Origin: an uncultured Desulfospira sp.
GTDB lineage: Bacteria; Desulfobacterota; Desulfobacteria; Desulfobacterales; Desulfobacteraceae
Direction: 5' to 3'
DNA length: 64,000 nucleotides
NCBI GenBank assembly: GCA_963663165.1
Contig: OY760175.1
Span: 2,464,001 to 2,528,000 of the forward strand
Both the position numbers and the translations under genes were made by a program. How positions within the stretch are numbered: position 1 is the first letter of the stretch; the number at the start of each line of letters is the position of its first letter. This document shows, piece after piece, positions 29,541-39,849 of this stretch. The notes beneath the pieces were generated by a model. The model ran no database searches, had not been told where the DNA came from, and saw only the letters and a program-made list of their open reading frames with translations.

Positions 29541-31169
29541 ATGAATAACAGTGTATTAACCATGCCCAGACCGTTTAACGAGCCGGTCAAGATGTTTGCC
29601 CCCCAAAGCCCTGAACGGCAGGCTTTAAAAAAAGAACTCGACCGCCAGATGGGGCTTACAGTGGACATTCCCCTGATTATCGGCGGCAAAGAAGTCGTTA
29701 CCCAGGACAAGGGAAAGGTCAGTTGTCCCCATAACCACAGCCATGTGCTGGGCCGCTTTTGCAACGCCGGCGATAACGAGATCAACCAGGCCATTGAGGC
29801 GGCCCTTACGGCAAAGCCGGCCTGGGAAGCCATGCCCTGGCAGGAGCGGGCCGCTATTTTTCTCAAAGCCGCCGACCTGATTTCCGATAAGTATACCCAT
29901 CTGCTCAATGCCGCCACCATGCTGGGCCAGTCCAAAAACGCCTTTCAGGCAGAAATTGACTCTACCTGCGAGCTGGTGGATTTCCTCAGGTTCAACGTCA
30001 AATTTATGGAAGAGATCTACAGCGCCCAGCCCGAATCCAGCAAAGGCGTCTGGAACCGGGTCGAATACCGGGCACTGGAAGGATTTGTGTTTGCCCTGAC
30101 CCCGTTTAACTTTCTGGCCATTGCCGGCAACCTGCCCACATCAGCGGCCATGATGGGCAACACCGTGGTTTGGAAACCCTCTTCCACGGCCGTTCTGTCC
30201 AACTACTATTTCATGCAGATCCTCAAGGAAGCCGGCCTTCCCGACGGGGTCATCAACTTTATCCCGGGCAAAGGTTCCCAGATCGGCAAGATTGTTTTGT
30301 CCCATAAAGATCTGGCCGGCATCCATTTTACCGGTTCCACCGCCGTGTTCCAGACCCTGTGGAAAAAGACCGGGGAAAATATTGAAACCTATAAATCCTA
30401 TCCTCGGATCGTAGGGGAAACCGGGGGCAAGGACTATATTTTCATGCACCCGTCCGCCGACCTGATGCAGACGGTCACAGGAGCCATTCGGGGGGCCTTT
30501 GAATTCCAGGGCCAGAAATGCTCGGCCTGCTCCAGGCTCTATGTGCCCCAATCCCGGTGGGATGAGGTTAAAGCCGCCATGGAAGAACAGATCCAGAGCA
30601 TCAAGGTCGGTGATGTCCTTGATTTCGGCAACCTGGTCAATGCGGTGATTGATGAAGCCTCTTTTGATACCATTGACGGATATATCAGCCGGGCGGAAAG
30701 TTCAGATCAGGCCGAGGTCATTATCGGCGGAACCCGGGACAAGTCCAAAGGGTATTTTGTTTATCCCACGGTGATCCAGGCCAAAGACCCGGCCTATGAA
30801 TCCATGGTCGAAGAAATTTTCGGCCCGGTCCTGACGGTATACGTTTATGCGGACGAGGACCTGGACAACACCCTGGACATCCTGGACAAGACCAGCATTT
30901 ACGCCCTGACCGGCGCCATCTTTGCCACGGACCGCGGGGCTGTGAACCATATGATGGACAAACTCACCCACACGGCCGGCAACTTCTACATCAATGACAA
31001 GCCCACCGGTGCCGTGGTGGGCCAGCAGCCCTTTGGCGGTGCCCGGAAAAGCGGTACCAACGACAAGGCCGGCAGCGCCCTTAACCTGATCCGGTGGGCC
31101 TCTCCCAGAACCATTAAGGAGACCTTTGTTCCGCCCACGGACTACCGGTATCCGTTTATGGCCGAATAG
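29541..31169 (+). CDS. pruA: Delta-1-pyrroline-5-carboxylate dehydrogenase
   Basis: QAEID, PFNF, GETGGK, FEFQGQKCSA, NDKPTGAVVGQQPFGG. Confidence 0.92.
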   Translation: MNNSVLTMPRPFNEPVKMFAPQSPERQALKKELDRQMGLTVDIPLIIGGKEVVTQDKGKVSCPHNHSHVLGRFCNAGDNEINQAIEAALTAKPAWEAMPWQERAAIFLKAADLISDKYTHLLNAATMLGQSKNAFQAEIDSTCELVDFLRFNVKFMEEIYSAQPESSKGVWNRVEYRALEGFVFALTPFNFLAIAGNLPTSAAMMGNTVVWKPSSTAVLSNYYFMQILKEAGLPDGVINFIPGKGSQIGKIVLSHKDLAGIHFTGSTAVFQTLWKKTGENIETYKSYPRIVGETGGKDYIFMHPSADLMQTVTGAIRGAFEFQGQKCSACSRLYVPQSRWDEVKAAMEEQIQSIKVGDVLDFGNLVNAVIDEASFDTIDGYISRAESSDQAEVIIGGTRDKSKGYFVYPTVIQAKDPAYESMVEEIFGPVLTVYVYADEDLDNTLDILDKTSIYALTGAIFATDRGAVNHMMDKLTHTAGNFYINDKPTGAVVGQQPFGGARKSGTNDKAGSALNLIRWASPRTIKETFVPPTDYRYPFMAE

Positions 31170-31192
31170 GCCGGGATGGTTGTATTGAACGG

Positions 31193-31226
31193 CAAAGGGG
31201 CGGATATTTTCGCCCCTTTGTTTTTT
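31193..31226 (+). terminator. Intrinsic terminator after pruA
   Basis: CAAAGGGGCG...CGCCCCTTTG plus T-tract. Confidence 0.75.
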
Positions 31227-31460
31227 GTGGGGGGCTACTGCCCGGCCCGCCACCAGTGGGTTGAATTTTGGTCCTGTTCAGGAAAGAATTTGGCATCTCC
31301 GCAGTACCATATGCAAACCAGGACCGTACCCTGATTTTATTCAAGCCGAATTACAAATTTGAATTTTGTTTCCCATGATTTTTCATTGCTTTTCTCTACC
31401 ATTATTTTTCAATATTTTTTCCCTTTAAATATCAATGTATTAAAAAATAACAACCCGCAA

Positions 31461-31476
31461 TGGAACACTCTGTGCT
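31461..31476 (+). promoter_or_regulatory. Possible sigma-54 promoter for the TRAP/glnA-like operon
   Basis: TGGAACACTCTGTGCT has GG-N10-GC spacing, in an AT-rich intergenic region. Confidence 0.45.
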
Positions 31477-31741
31477 TTCTTCTTATATAAGCGCGTTTAA
31501 AAAAAGAACGCAGCAACAAAAAAGATTTTTTATTGGTCTATGAAGAAAACCAGCAATCAGAATAACAATTTGATAGAAGGAGGCTAAAAATTTTGAGGAA
31601 AACCTCAATACTGATGTTTTTATAGCAACATCGGCCCGGTTTTTTCCCTTGACAGCCAGGGGGAGAGGTGATCTTTTTGATGGCTAATAATGGATTTGGG
31701 ATAAAAGTTACAAAAATGAAAACAGATTCCTAAAAGGAGAG

Positions 31742-32806
31742 ATGTGGATGAAAAGACGTGAATTTATCAAGAAAGTTGGAACCGGTACCGCAGCGGCCGT
31801 GGCCGCATCAGCCGTGGCGGCGCCCTATGTCAAAGCCAGCAAGAAGACCCCCATCAAGTGGCGGATGCAGACCTATGCCGGTGCTGCCCTGGCCGCCCAT
31901 GTGTGCAAGCCGTCCATTGATGCCTTTAACAAGGCGGCCAACGGTGAAATGGTCATTGAACTTTACAATGCAGACCAGCTGGTTCCCACCGGCGAACTTT
32001 TCCGGGCCATGCAGCGGGGCACCATTGACGCGGTACAAAGCGATGAAGACTCCATCGGCGCCCCCGTGGATGTGTCTGTGTTCGGCGCGTATTTCCCCTT
32101 TGCCTCCCGGTACTCCCTGGATGTTCCCACCCTGTTTCACCATTACGGACTCAATGAAATCTGGCAGGAAGCTTATTCAGAAATCAAAAATGTCACCTGG
32201 CTGGGAACCGGTTCCTGGGACCCTTGCAACTTCAGCACCAAAGAACCCATCAGAAGCATTGAAGACCTTAAAGGCAAACGGGTATTTACCTTCCCCACCG
32301 GCGGGCGGTTTCTGAAAAAATTCGGCGTGGTGCCGGTCACCCTGCCCTGGGAGGACGTTGAAGTGGCCATGCAGACCGGAGAGCTGGACGGTCTTGCCTG
32401 GTCCGGTATCACCGAGGTCTATTCCGTGGGGTGGGCCAATGTAACCAAATACTACCTGACCAACAATATTTCCGGTGCCTGGGCCGGGTCTTACTTTGCC
32501 AACTCAGAAAAATGGGACGCCCTTCCCGAACATCTAAAGGCCCTGTTCAAACTGGCCATGGATTCCTCTCACTACCACAGACAGTACTGGTACTGGTGGG
32601 GAGAAGCCCATTACCGGACCAAGGGCGGGAAACTTGAGCTGACCACCATCCCGGAAAACGAATGGAAACAGGTGGAAGACGAGGCCTTGAAATACTGGGA
32701 TGAAATAGCGGCCAAGAGTGAAAGAAGCGCCAAAGTGGTGAAGATCCTCAAAGAGTATGCCAAAACCATGAGAGACGCCGGAGCGCCTTACCGGTACAAC
32801 TCATAA
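31742..32806 (+). CDS. TRAP substrate-binding protein, Tat-exported, amine (ethanolamine)-type
   Basis: KRREFIK twin-Arg signal; the usual carboxylate-binding Arg is absent (RVFTFP); WDP and WSGITE motifs. Confidence 0.85.
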   Translation: MWMKRREFIKKVGTGTAAAVAASAVAAPYVKASKKTPIKWRMQTYAGAALAAHVCKPSIDAFNKAANGEMVIELYNADQLVPTGELFRAMQRGTIDAVQSDEDSIGAPVDVSVFGAYFPFASRYSLDVPTLFHHYGLNEIWQEAYSEIKNVTWLGTGSWDPCNFSTKEPIRSIEDLKGKRVFTFPTGGRFLKKFGVVPVTLPWEDVEVAMQTGELDGLAWSGITEVYSVGWANVTKYYLTNNISGAWAGSYFANSEKWDALPEHLKALFKLAMDSSHYHRQYWYWWGEAHYRTKGGKLELTTIPENEWKQVEDEALKYWDEIAAKSERSAKVVKILKEYAKTMRDAGAPYRYNS

Positions 32807-32888
32807 CCTGTAAGCACTCCTTACTATTGATGTTTAGCCACCGCTGCCTTCCCGGTCTTAAATTAAAACCGGGAGGGCAGTATTTTAT

Positions 32889-32940
32889 TTTAGCTTTTAG
32901 CTGTTAGCCATTAGCTGTTAGCCATTAGCTGTTAGCCTTT
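32889..32940. repeat. Heptamer tandem array (TTAGCnn)
   Basis: TTAGCTT TTAGCTG TTAGCCA TTAGCTG TTAGCCA TTAGCTG TTAGCCT; same family at about 18434-18465, 34970-35000, 37691-37731 and 56813-56890. Confidence 0.8.
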
Positions 32941-32967
32941 TGCGCCCGGGTTCCTGAACGAGAACCC

Positions 32968-33093
32968 GTGTTTGGGCGAAAAGTTGCCCATATGCAAGGC
33001 GCAGAAAAATTTGTAACCGGAGCAACCTTTAGGGTTGTGAGGATTGCAAATTTTTCTGCAACGCAGCAGATGGGTGACTTTTCGTTCAAACAC
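32968..33093. repeat. About 126-bp palindromic interspersed repeat, copy 1
   Basis: GTGTTTGGGCGAAAAGTTGCCCA...TGGGTGACTTTTCGTTCAAACAC; copies in the opposite orientation at about 54869 and 59842. Confidence 0.85.
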
Positions 33094-33110
33094 TTATCAA
33101 GGAAGTTAAA

Positions 33111-33623
33111 ATGCCTAAGGCAGTTATAACCTATGTAAAATATGTCGATGCGGTCAACCGAAAGGTGGGCCGGATCGTTTTGTATCTGGTGTTTGGAATG
33201 ATGGGGCTTTTGCTGTTTGCCTCCATATCCAGAACCTTTTTCAACGTCCCCTTTGTCTGGGTCATGGAAATGGCCCAGTTCACCATGGCCGCCTACTACC
33301 TGCTGGGGGGAGGCTATTCCATGCAGCTTAAGGCCCATGTCCGGATGGATGTCCTTTATGAAAGATGGTCGCCTAAGAAACGGGCCAAAGTAGATGCCTG
33401 GACATCGGGCTTTTTAATTTTTTACCTGGTGGTCCTTTTATACGGGGCCATTTCCAGCACGGTCTATGCCATTCAATACGGCCAGAGGAATTATTCCACC
33501 TGGGGGCCGCCCATGGCGCCCATTAAAGTCATCATGACCATCGGAATTGCGCTGATGCTGCTGCAGGCCATTGCCGCCTTTTTCAGGGACGTGGCAAAGG
33601 CGAGAGGAAAAGAAATCTTATGA
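33111..33623 (+). CDS. dctQ: TRAP small permease
   Basis: About 4 TM helices, HVRMDVLY. Confidence 0.9.
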   Translation: MPKAVITYVKYVDAVNRKVGRIVLYLVFGMMGLLLFASISRTFFNVPFVWVMEMAQFTMAAYYLLGGGYSMQLKAHVRMDVLYERWSPKKRAKVDAWTSGFLIFYLVVLLYGAISSTVYAIQYGQRNYSTWGPPMAPIKVIMTIGIALMLLQAIAAFFRDVAKARGKEIL

Positions 33624-34945
33624 GTCACGAATATATAGCCCTGTTGATGTTCTCATCCCTGATGGTGATGCTGGTATCGGGCCAGCGGGTGTTTGGCGCG
33701 GTCGGGTTTGTGGCGGCCCTGTCCGCCCTGATGCTCTGGGGAACTTCCGGGGCGGGAGAAATGCCCTTTAACGCCAGCATCGGGCTGCTCAACTGGTATC
33801 CGCTGCTGACACTGCCCCTGTTTATCTATATGGGATACATGCTGTCTGAATCGGGAATTGCCAGCGACCTTTACAAGATGCTCCACGTCTGGATGGGCCC
33901 CCTTGGCGGCGGGCTTGCCATCGGCACCATTGTTCTCATGGTGGCCATTTCCGCCATGAACGGCCTGAGTGTGGCCGGCATGGCCATCGGCACCAGCATT
34001 GCCCTGCCGGAAATGCTTAAAAGGGGATACGACAAAACCATGGTTACCGGCGTCATCCAGGCCGGATCTTCTTTGGGGATCATGGTGCCGCCCAGTATTG
34101 TACTGGTGCTTTACGGCATGATTGCCCGGCAGCCCGTGGGCCAGCTCTGGCTTGCCGGGGTCTTCCCGGGCCTGCTTCTGGCCGCCTTGTTCGTCATCTA
34201 TATTGCGGTCCGGTGTAAAATTAATCCGAGCCTGGGGCCGACCCTGTCCAAAGAAGAGCGGGACATGCCCTGGAGTGAGCGGCTGCGCCTTCTCAGGGCC
34301 GGTATTCTTCCCCTGGTCATTATTTTCAGCGTTACCGGTCTTTTCATGATGGGCGTCACCAGCCTGGTGGAAAGTTCGGCTGTGGGCGCAGTGGCCGCAA
34401 CCATTGCCGCCATTGCCAAAAAGCGGCTGACCAGAAAAGTCATGGACACCACCCTTCACATGACCCTGAGCGTCTCCTGTATGTTCATGTGGATCATCCT
34501 GGCGGCCATGTGTTTTGGTGCCGTATTTGACGGCCTTGGGGCGGTCAAGGCCATTGAGGTGCTGTTCCTGGAAAAATGGGGGCTTGGCCCCTGGCAGGTA
34601 TTGATCATGATGCAGATATCCTATATCATCATGGGCATGTTTCTGGATGACACGGCCATGCTGGTTATCGTGGCACCTTTGTATATCCCCCTGATCATCA
34701 GCCTTGGGTTCAATGCGGTCTGGTACGGGGTTCTTTATACGGTAACCTGCCAGATCGCCTACATGACCCCGCCCTTCGGATACAACCTGTTTTTAATGAA
34801 GGCCATGGCGCCAAAGGAGATCTCCTTAATGGACATTTACAACTCCATTATTCCCTTTGTCCTGCTCATGTGCTTAGGGCTTGCCCTGATCATGATGTTT
34901 CCCCAGATTGCCATGTGGCTGCCTGAATTTTATTATGGAAAATAG
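33620..34945 (+). CDS. dctM: TRAP large permease
   Basis: LPLFIYMG, ALPEMLKRGY, MVPPS, MTPPFG. Confidence 0.92.
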   Translation: MSHEYIALLMFSSLMVMLVSGQRVFGAVGFVAALSALMLWGTSGAGEMPFNASIGLLNWYPLLTLPLFIYMGYMLSESGIASDLYKMLHVWMGPLGGGLAIGTIVLMVAISAMNGLSVAGMAIGTSIALPEMLKRGYDKTMVTGVIQAGSSLGIMVPPSIVLVLYGMIARQPVGQLWLAGVFPGLLLAALFVIYIAVRCKINPSLGPTLSKEERDMPWSERLRLLRAGILPLVIIFSVTGLFMMGVTSLVESSAVGAVAATIAAIAKKRLTRKVMDTTLHMTLSVSCMFMWIILAAMCFGAVFDGLGAVKAIEVLFLEKWGLGPWQVLIMMQISYIIMGMFLDDTAMLVIVAPLYIPLIISLGFNAVWYGVLYTVTCQIAYMTPPFGYNLFLMKAMAPKEISLMDIYNSIIPFVLLMCLGLALIMMFPQIAMWLPEFYYGK

Positions 34946-35017
34946 TGATTGGCCGTTGGCAAGCCAATTGCCAACGGCTAACGGCTAATAGCTAAAAGCT
35001 TACCAACGAGGAAGATT

Positions 35018-36388
35018 ATGAAGACCTTGGACATAAAAACCATAGAAGACGCCCAAAACCTGATCAGGGAACGGAACATCGACTATGTAAAGGTGGGGGT
35101 GTTTGACATTGACGGCATTTTCCGGGGCAAATACATGAAGGCTTCCAAATTCATGACGGTTCTGGAAAAGGGGTTTGATTTTTGTGACGTGGTGATGGGC
35201 TGGGACTCCAATGACCAGCTGTACGACGACAGTGTCACCATCACGGGCTGGCATTCGGGATACAATGACGCCCCGGTGAATATTGTCACTGAATCCTGCC
35301 GGGAACTTCCCTTAGAAAAAAACACGGTGCTCTTCATCGGCGAATTTAGCGGCAAGCATGAACAGGTCTGCCCCAGGGGAACCCTGAAACGGGTGGTCCA
35401 GAAGGCTGAGTCCATGGGATTTAATGCGGACATGGCCTATGAATTTGAATTTTTCATGTTCAATGAAAATGCCGACACCATCCGGGAAAAAGGGTACAAA
35501 AACATGAAGAACCTGACCCCGGGATTTTTTGGCTACTCCATGCTCCGGGCGTCTGAATACCATGAATTTTATGAGGATGTCCTGGACCTTTGCCGTGCCA
35601 TGGATTTTCCTTTAGAAGGCCTTCATACCGAGACCGGCCCCGGGGTTATCGAGGCGGCCATTTACTATGCCGATGCCATGGAAGCCGCGGACAGGGCGGC
35701 CCTGTTCAAGACCTATATCAAAATCCTGGCCAAAAAATGGAACTGGATGGCCTGTTTCATGGCCAAATGGTCCCTGAACTATCCGGGCCAGAGCGGCCAT
35801 ATCCACATGTCTTTAAAAGATCCGGACGGCAAGTCCGCCTTTTTTGATCCCGGAAAGCCCGGCAGCATGTCTGACACCATGCGGTATTTTATCGGCGGAC
35901 AGCAGGCATTGATGCCCGAGCTTCTGTGCATGGCCGCCCCCACCATCAACAGCTTCAGCCGCCTGGTCCCGGGCTTCTGGGCCCCCACGGACTCAAGCTG
36001 GGGGGTAGACAACCGGACCTGCGCCATCCGCGCCATTCCGGGATCAGCATCCTCCCAGCGGGTGGAATACCGGGTCACGGCCGCCGACATCAATCCCTAT
36101 ATTGCCGGGGCCGCAGCCCTGGGGTCCGGTCTGTGGGGCATTGAAAACAAGATTGACCCCGGCGACCCGGTCCAGGGAAATGCCTATGACAAAACCTTTG
36201 GCCCGGAACGAAAATTCCCGGCCACCCTGGCCGATGCGGCCCGGCGGCTCAAAGCATCCAAGGCTGCCAGAGAACTTTTCGGAGATGTATTTGTGGACCA
36301 CTATGCCGCCACAAGGATGTGGGAGAGCAAGGAATTTCAAAAATATATTACGGACTGGGAATTAGAGCGCTACTTTGAGATTATTTAA
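35018..36388 (+). CDS. Glutamine-synthetase-like gamma-glutamyl ligase (PuuA-like)
   Basis: DIDGIFRGK, EFEFF, HTETGPG, GHIHMSL, WGVDNRT, RVEYR. Confidence 0.88.
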   Translation: MKTLDIKTIEDAQNLIRERNIDYVKVGVFDIDGIFRGKYMKASKFMTVLEKGFDFCDVVMGWDSNDQLYDDSVTITGWHSGYNDAPVNIVTESCRELPLEKNTVLFIGEFSGKHEQVCPRGTLKRVVQKAESMGFNADMAYEFEFFMFNENADTIREKGYKNMKNLTPGFFGYSMLRASEYHEFYEDVLDLCRAMDFPLEGLHTETGPGVIEAAIYYADAMEAADRAALFKTYIKILAKKWNWMACFMAKWSLNYPGQSGHIHMSLKDPDGKSAFFDPGKPGSMSDTMRYFIGGQQALMPELLCMAAPTINSFSRLVPGFWAPTDSSWGVDNRTCAIRAIPGSASSQRVEYRVTAADINPYIAGAAALGSGLWGIENKIDPGDPVQGNAYDKTFGPERKFPATLADAARRLKASKAARELFGDVFVDHYAATRMWESKEFQKYITDWELERYFEII

Positions 36389-36394
36389 AGGAAT

Positions 36395-36500
36395 TTAGGC
36401 TGAAGGTAATTGGGCTGAAGGTGGACGAAACACTTCAGCCTTAGGCCTGGCCACCGAATCCCCTTCAGCCTTCAGCCTAAACGCCTAATCACTTAAACCC
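36395..36500. repeat. Inverted GCTGAAG/CTTCAGC heptamer arrays
   Basis: TTAGGCTGAAGG...CCTTCAGCCTTCAGCCTAA; related arrays at about 16353-16390, 48084-48124 and 48907-48984. Confidence 0.7.
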
Positions 36501-36521
36501 CTTTTTATTTAGGAAACCATA

Positions 36522-37688
36522 ATGACAGGAAAGATTTCACAATTTTCATTTCCCAACACCATTTATTTTGGTGCCGGGGCCATTGACAATCTGCCCGAAT
36601 ATTTGGGCAATTTAGGGGTCAAATCCCCCCTGGTGGTGACGGACCCGGGCATGTTGAAAACAGACGTCTGCCCCAAGGTTGAGGCCATCCTCAAGGCAGC
36701 CGGCATCAGTTACACGGTGTTCTCTCAAGTCAACCCCAATCCCCTGGATTCGGACATTGACAAGGGGGTTGAAGCCTTCAAGGCTGGAAACTGTGACAGC
36801 ATCATCGGCCTTGGCGGCGGCAGCGCCCTGGATGCGGCCAAGGTGGTACAGGTGCTGGCGGCCCACGGCGGCAGGGTCAACGACTATGACAATGCCACGG
36901 GCGGGAACCAGAACATCAAAGGCCCCCTGCCCCCCATGATTGCCGTTCCCACCACGGCCGGAACCGGCAGTGAAGTGGGGTCCTGTTCCGTGATCACTTC
37001 GGTGGCCGAAAAAAGAAAATTCATGGTGTGCAGTCCGTTGCTGCGGCCTGCCGTGGCCCTGCTGGACCCGGAACTGACCGTGGGCCTGCCCGCCCACCTG
37101 ACCGCCGGCACCGGCATGGATGCCTTTACCCACTGCGTGGAGGCCCTGGTGGTCAAGGACTTTCATCCCATGTGTGACGCCATTGCCCTTAAGGGAATCG
37201 AGTACGTGGCCCAATACCTGGAAACCGCCTGCAATGAACCCGCCAACATCGAAGCCCGGGGATACATGCAGCTGGCCGCCATGATGGGGGCCGTGGCCTT
37301 TATGAAAGACCTGGGGGCGGCCCATTCCCTGTCCCATGCCCTGTCGGCCGTTTCCCATGTGCCCCACGGCCTGGCCAACGCCATCTGCCTGGTGCCGGTC
37401 ATGAAATTCAACAAAGCCGTCTGCATCGAGGAATATGCCCGGGTGGCCGCAGCCTTTGGCATCAACACCTTTGAAATCACCCAGGAACAGGCCGCCGACA
37501 TGGCCATCCAGGCCGTGGCCGACCTGAACCGCCGCATCGGCATCCCTGAAAAGCTGTCCGATGCCGGGGTTAAAGAAGAAGATTTGGAAGAGCTGACGGA
37601 CAAGGCCTTCAGGGATGGCTGCCATGCCACCAATCCCAGGCCGTGTTCAAAGGATGATTTGATGGGATTGTTTAGGGAGGCGTTGTGA
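36522..37688 (+). CDS. Iron-containing alcohol dehydrogenase
   Basis: GLGGGSALDAAK, PTTAGTGSE, DAFTHCVE, HSLSH, PHGLAN. Confidence 0.93.
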   Translation: MTGKISQFSFPNTIYFGAGAIDNLPEYLGNLGVKSPLVVTDPGMLKTDVCPKVEAILKAAGISYTVFSQVNPNPLDSDIDKGVEAFKAGNCDSIIGLGGGSALDAAKVVQVLAAHGGRVNDYDNATGGNQNIKGPLPPMIAVPTTAGTGSEVGSCSVITSVAEKRKFMVCSPLLRPAVALLDPELTVGLPAHLTAGTGMDAFTHCVEALVVKDFHPMCDAIALKGIEYVAQYLETACNEPANIEARGYMQLAAMMGAVAFMKDLGAAHSLSHALSAVSHVPHGLANAICLVPVMKFNKAVCIEEYARVAAAFGINTFEITQEQAADMAIQAVADLNRRIGIPEKLSDAGVKEEDLEELTDKAFRDGCHATNPRPCSKDDLMGLFREAL

Positions 37689-37827
37689 GGAGCTGTTAGC
37701 CTTTAGCTGTTAGCCTTTAGCCATTAGCCACTGTACCGCGTAATTTTTAGACGCTCCGAGAGTTCTCCTATTTGCAAAATCTTTCAGTGGCGCTGGTCTT
37801 CTATGATCAAAACGGAGAGGAGGAGAA

Positions 37828-38462
37828 ATGTCCGATTTGATCCCCAGACATGGCGGATACCGGAAACTGAAGGGTTTTCAGGTGGCCCAGTTGTGTTATG
37901 ACGTGACGGTGCGGTTTTGTGACCGGTATGTGGACCGATTCAGCCGGACAAGGGATCAGATGGTGCAGGCGGCCCGATCGGGGGTGCAGAATATTGCCGA
38001 GGGATCCCAGGCGTCAGCAACCTCGAAAAAGACCGAGCTAAAACTGACCCAAGTGGCCCGGGCGAGCCTTGAAGAGTTAAGGCTGGATTACGAAGATTTC
38101 CTGCGGCAGCGGGGGTTGGTGATGCTTGACCCGAATCAGCCCCGCTGAGGCGTTTTAAACATCGGAGGCCGCAAACGGTAGAAGAGTTTGCAAGGTGGGT
38201 AGCGGATGAGCGCAGGCAAAGTCTGGACCAACACAGACAGACACGGACTGACAAGGACAGTGATGTGTTCGTCAGCGAACGTCCGTGTTCGTCCCTGAGT
38301 TCTGCCTGCCTTGCAGCGAATGATGTACTTTCCTTGTTAAACCTTGCCTGTTATCTCCTTGACCGGCAGGTCGAACGTCTCGCCCGGGATTTTGAAAACC
38401 AGGGGGGCTTTTCAGAACGACTTTACCGTGTCCGGAGTGCAAAGCGCAAGAAAAGGTCATGA
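37828..38462 (+). pseudogene. Four-helix-bundle protein with suffix domain, frameshifted at about 38140-38143
   Basis: HGGYRKL, DQMVQAARSGVQNIAEG, ARASLEEL..DYEDFLRQR; continues in another frame PLRRFKHRR...AAN..LSLLNL..YLLDRQ...FENQGGFSERLY. Confidence 0.75.
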
Positions 38463-38468
38463 AGGGGT

Positions 38469-39083
38469 TCAGGGTTCAAGCATGCCCTGGTGAATCAGAA
38501 AATCAATAATTTCATCAACGCCCTGACCAGTTTTCATGTTGGCAAAGACAAAGGGCTTGTCCCCTCTCATGCGGCGGGTATCCTGTTCCATGACCTCAAG
38601 GGAGGCGCCCACCAAGGGGGCCAAGTCCACCTTGTTGATCACCAAAAGATCGGACCGGGTGATGCCGGGACCGCCTTTGCGGGGAATTTTGTCCCCTGCT
38701 GAGACATCAATGACGTAGATGGCAAGATCGGCCAGTTCCGGGCTGAAGGTGGCGCTCAAATTATCGCCGCCGCTCTCCACCAGGACCAGGTCAAGATCGG
38801 CAAACTTTTGGCAAAGATCCTCTACGGCGGCCAGGTTCATGGAGGCATCTTCGCGGATGGCCGTGTGGGGGCAGCCGCCGGTCTCGACCCCCATGATCCG
38901 GTCTGCAGACAGGGCCTGCCTGCGAATCAGAAACTCCTGATCCTCCCGGGTGTAAATATCATTGGTGACCACGGCAAGGCTGTACCGGTCCCTCATGGAA
39001 AGGCAGATGGCTTCAAGAAGGGCTGTCTTTCCTGATCCCACCGGTCCCCCGACGCCCACGCGAAGCGGCGCTCTCTTGCTCAT
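38469..39083 (-). CDS. ureG: Urease accessory GTPase
   Basis: [27 protein letters not shown]. Confidence 0.97.
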   Translation of the reverse strand: MSKRAPLRVGVGGPVGSGKTALLEAICLSMRDRYSLAVVTNDIYTREDQEFLIRRQALSADRIMGVETGGCPHTAIREDASMNLAAVEDLCQKFADLDLVLVESGGDNLSATFSPELADLAIYVIDVSAGDKIPRKGGPGITRSDLLVINKVDLAPLVGASLEVMEQDTRRMRGDKPFVFANMKTGQGVDEIIDFLIHQGMLEP

Positions 39084-39093
39084 AAAATTCTCC

Positions 39094-39849
39094 TTATGAT
39101 CTGAAAAGTCTGGTGTATTGGGTTTCGTGGCCGCAGCCGGCCAGGCTCAGGGCCGGCAGAGAACTTCCCATGTGTTGAAAGTCTTTGATCTTCAATCCTG
39201 ATGCAGCCGCCGTATCAATGGCCGGGGAGAGCCTTGAAAGGACCCTTTGTCCGGCGCTCTGGCCCAGGGGGATAATTTTCACGGCGGCCAGGACCTGGTT
39301 TTCAAGCCAGGACCAGAGATATCCTTTGGCCGAGGCCTGAACGGGAATCGTCCAAATGGCCGCGGCAAAAGCAAACCCGGCCAGCTGGGAAGAGGCAATC
39401 ACCTTTTGCCACGGTTCAGGGTCTGTTTTCTCAGAATCGCCAGCCATGTGGTCATGGCAAAGGCCCAGCTCCCTGATGATGGCGGCCAGGGCCCGGCCCC
39501 GGTGCGCTTCCTCATCTCGAAGCTCTCTGGTTTCCCGGCAGGCCCTGACCCACTGGGCTGCACTGGTAAAGGCAGAAAGATCCTGATGTTCAACCGCCCC
39601 GTAAAGGCGCTGAAGCAGCGGCACATCCACGCGGGCCATACCGGTTTCCAGAATATTGGCAAGCCAGTATTCAAGGGTGGTTTCATCCTTGACCCATCCC
39701 TGTTCAACAGCCCACTCCAACCCCTGGGAATAGGCAAACCCCCCGGTGGGAAGGGACGGGCTGACCAGGTGCATCAGCCGGATCAGCCATGGCGATTCCA
39801 TGCCCCCCCCTGAGGACTTGTGCCCGTCAGTGGTGGTGATGGTGTCCAT
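39094..39849 (-). CDS. ureF: Urease accessory protein (start approximate; ATG at 39801 is the alternative)
   Basis: [31 protein letters not shown]. Confidence 0.92.
   Translation of the reverse strand: MDTITTTDGHKSSGGGMESPWLIRLMHLVSPSLPTGGFAYSQGLEWAVEQGWVKDETTLEYWLANILETGMARVDVPLLQRLYGAVEHQDLSAFTSAAQWVRACRETRELRDEEAHRGRALAAIIRELGLCHDHMAGDSEKTDPEPWQKVIASSQLAGFAFAAAIWTIPVQASAKGYLWSWLENQVLAAVKIIPLGQSAGQRVLSRLSPAIDTAAASGLKIKDFQHMGSSLPALSLAGCGHETQYTRLFRS

Noticed and set aside
32889..32940. CRISPR array
   Set aside because: Heptamer tandem repeats without unique spacers; no cas genes in the window
36612..37625. 337-aa antisense ORF and many similar shadow ORFs
   Set aside because: They lie opposite well-supported GC-rich genes and have no recognisable motifs
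38146..38148. TGA in the four-helix-bundle gene as a second Sec codon
   Set aside because: In-frame read-through hits TAG within about 11 codons and the family-like sequence continues in another frame, so this is a frameshift
37828..38462. Diversity-generating retroelement (Avd-like gene)
   Set aside because: No reverse transcriptase or TR/VR pair is seen in the window
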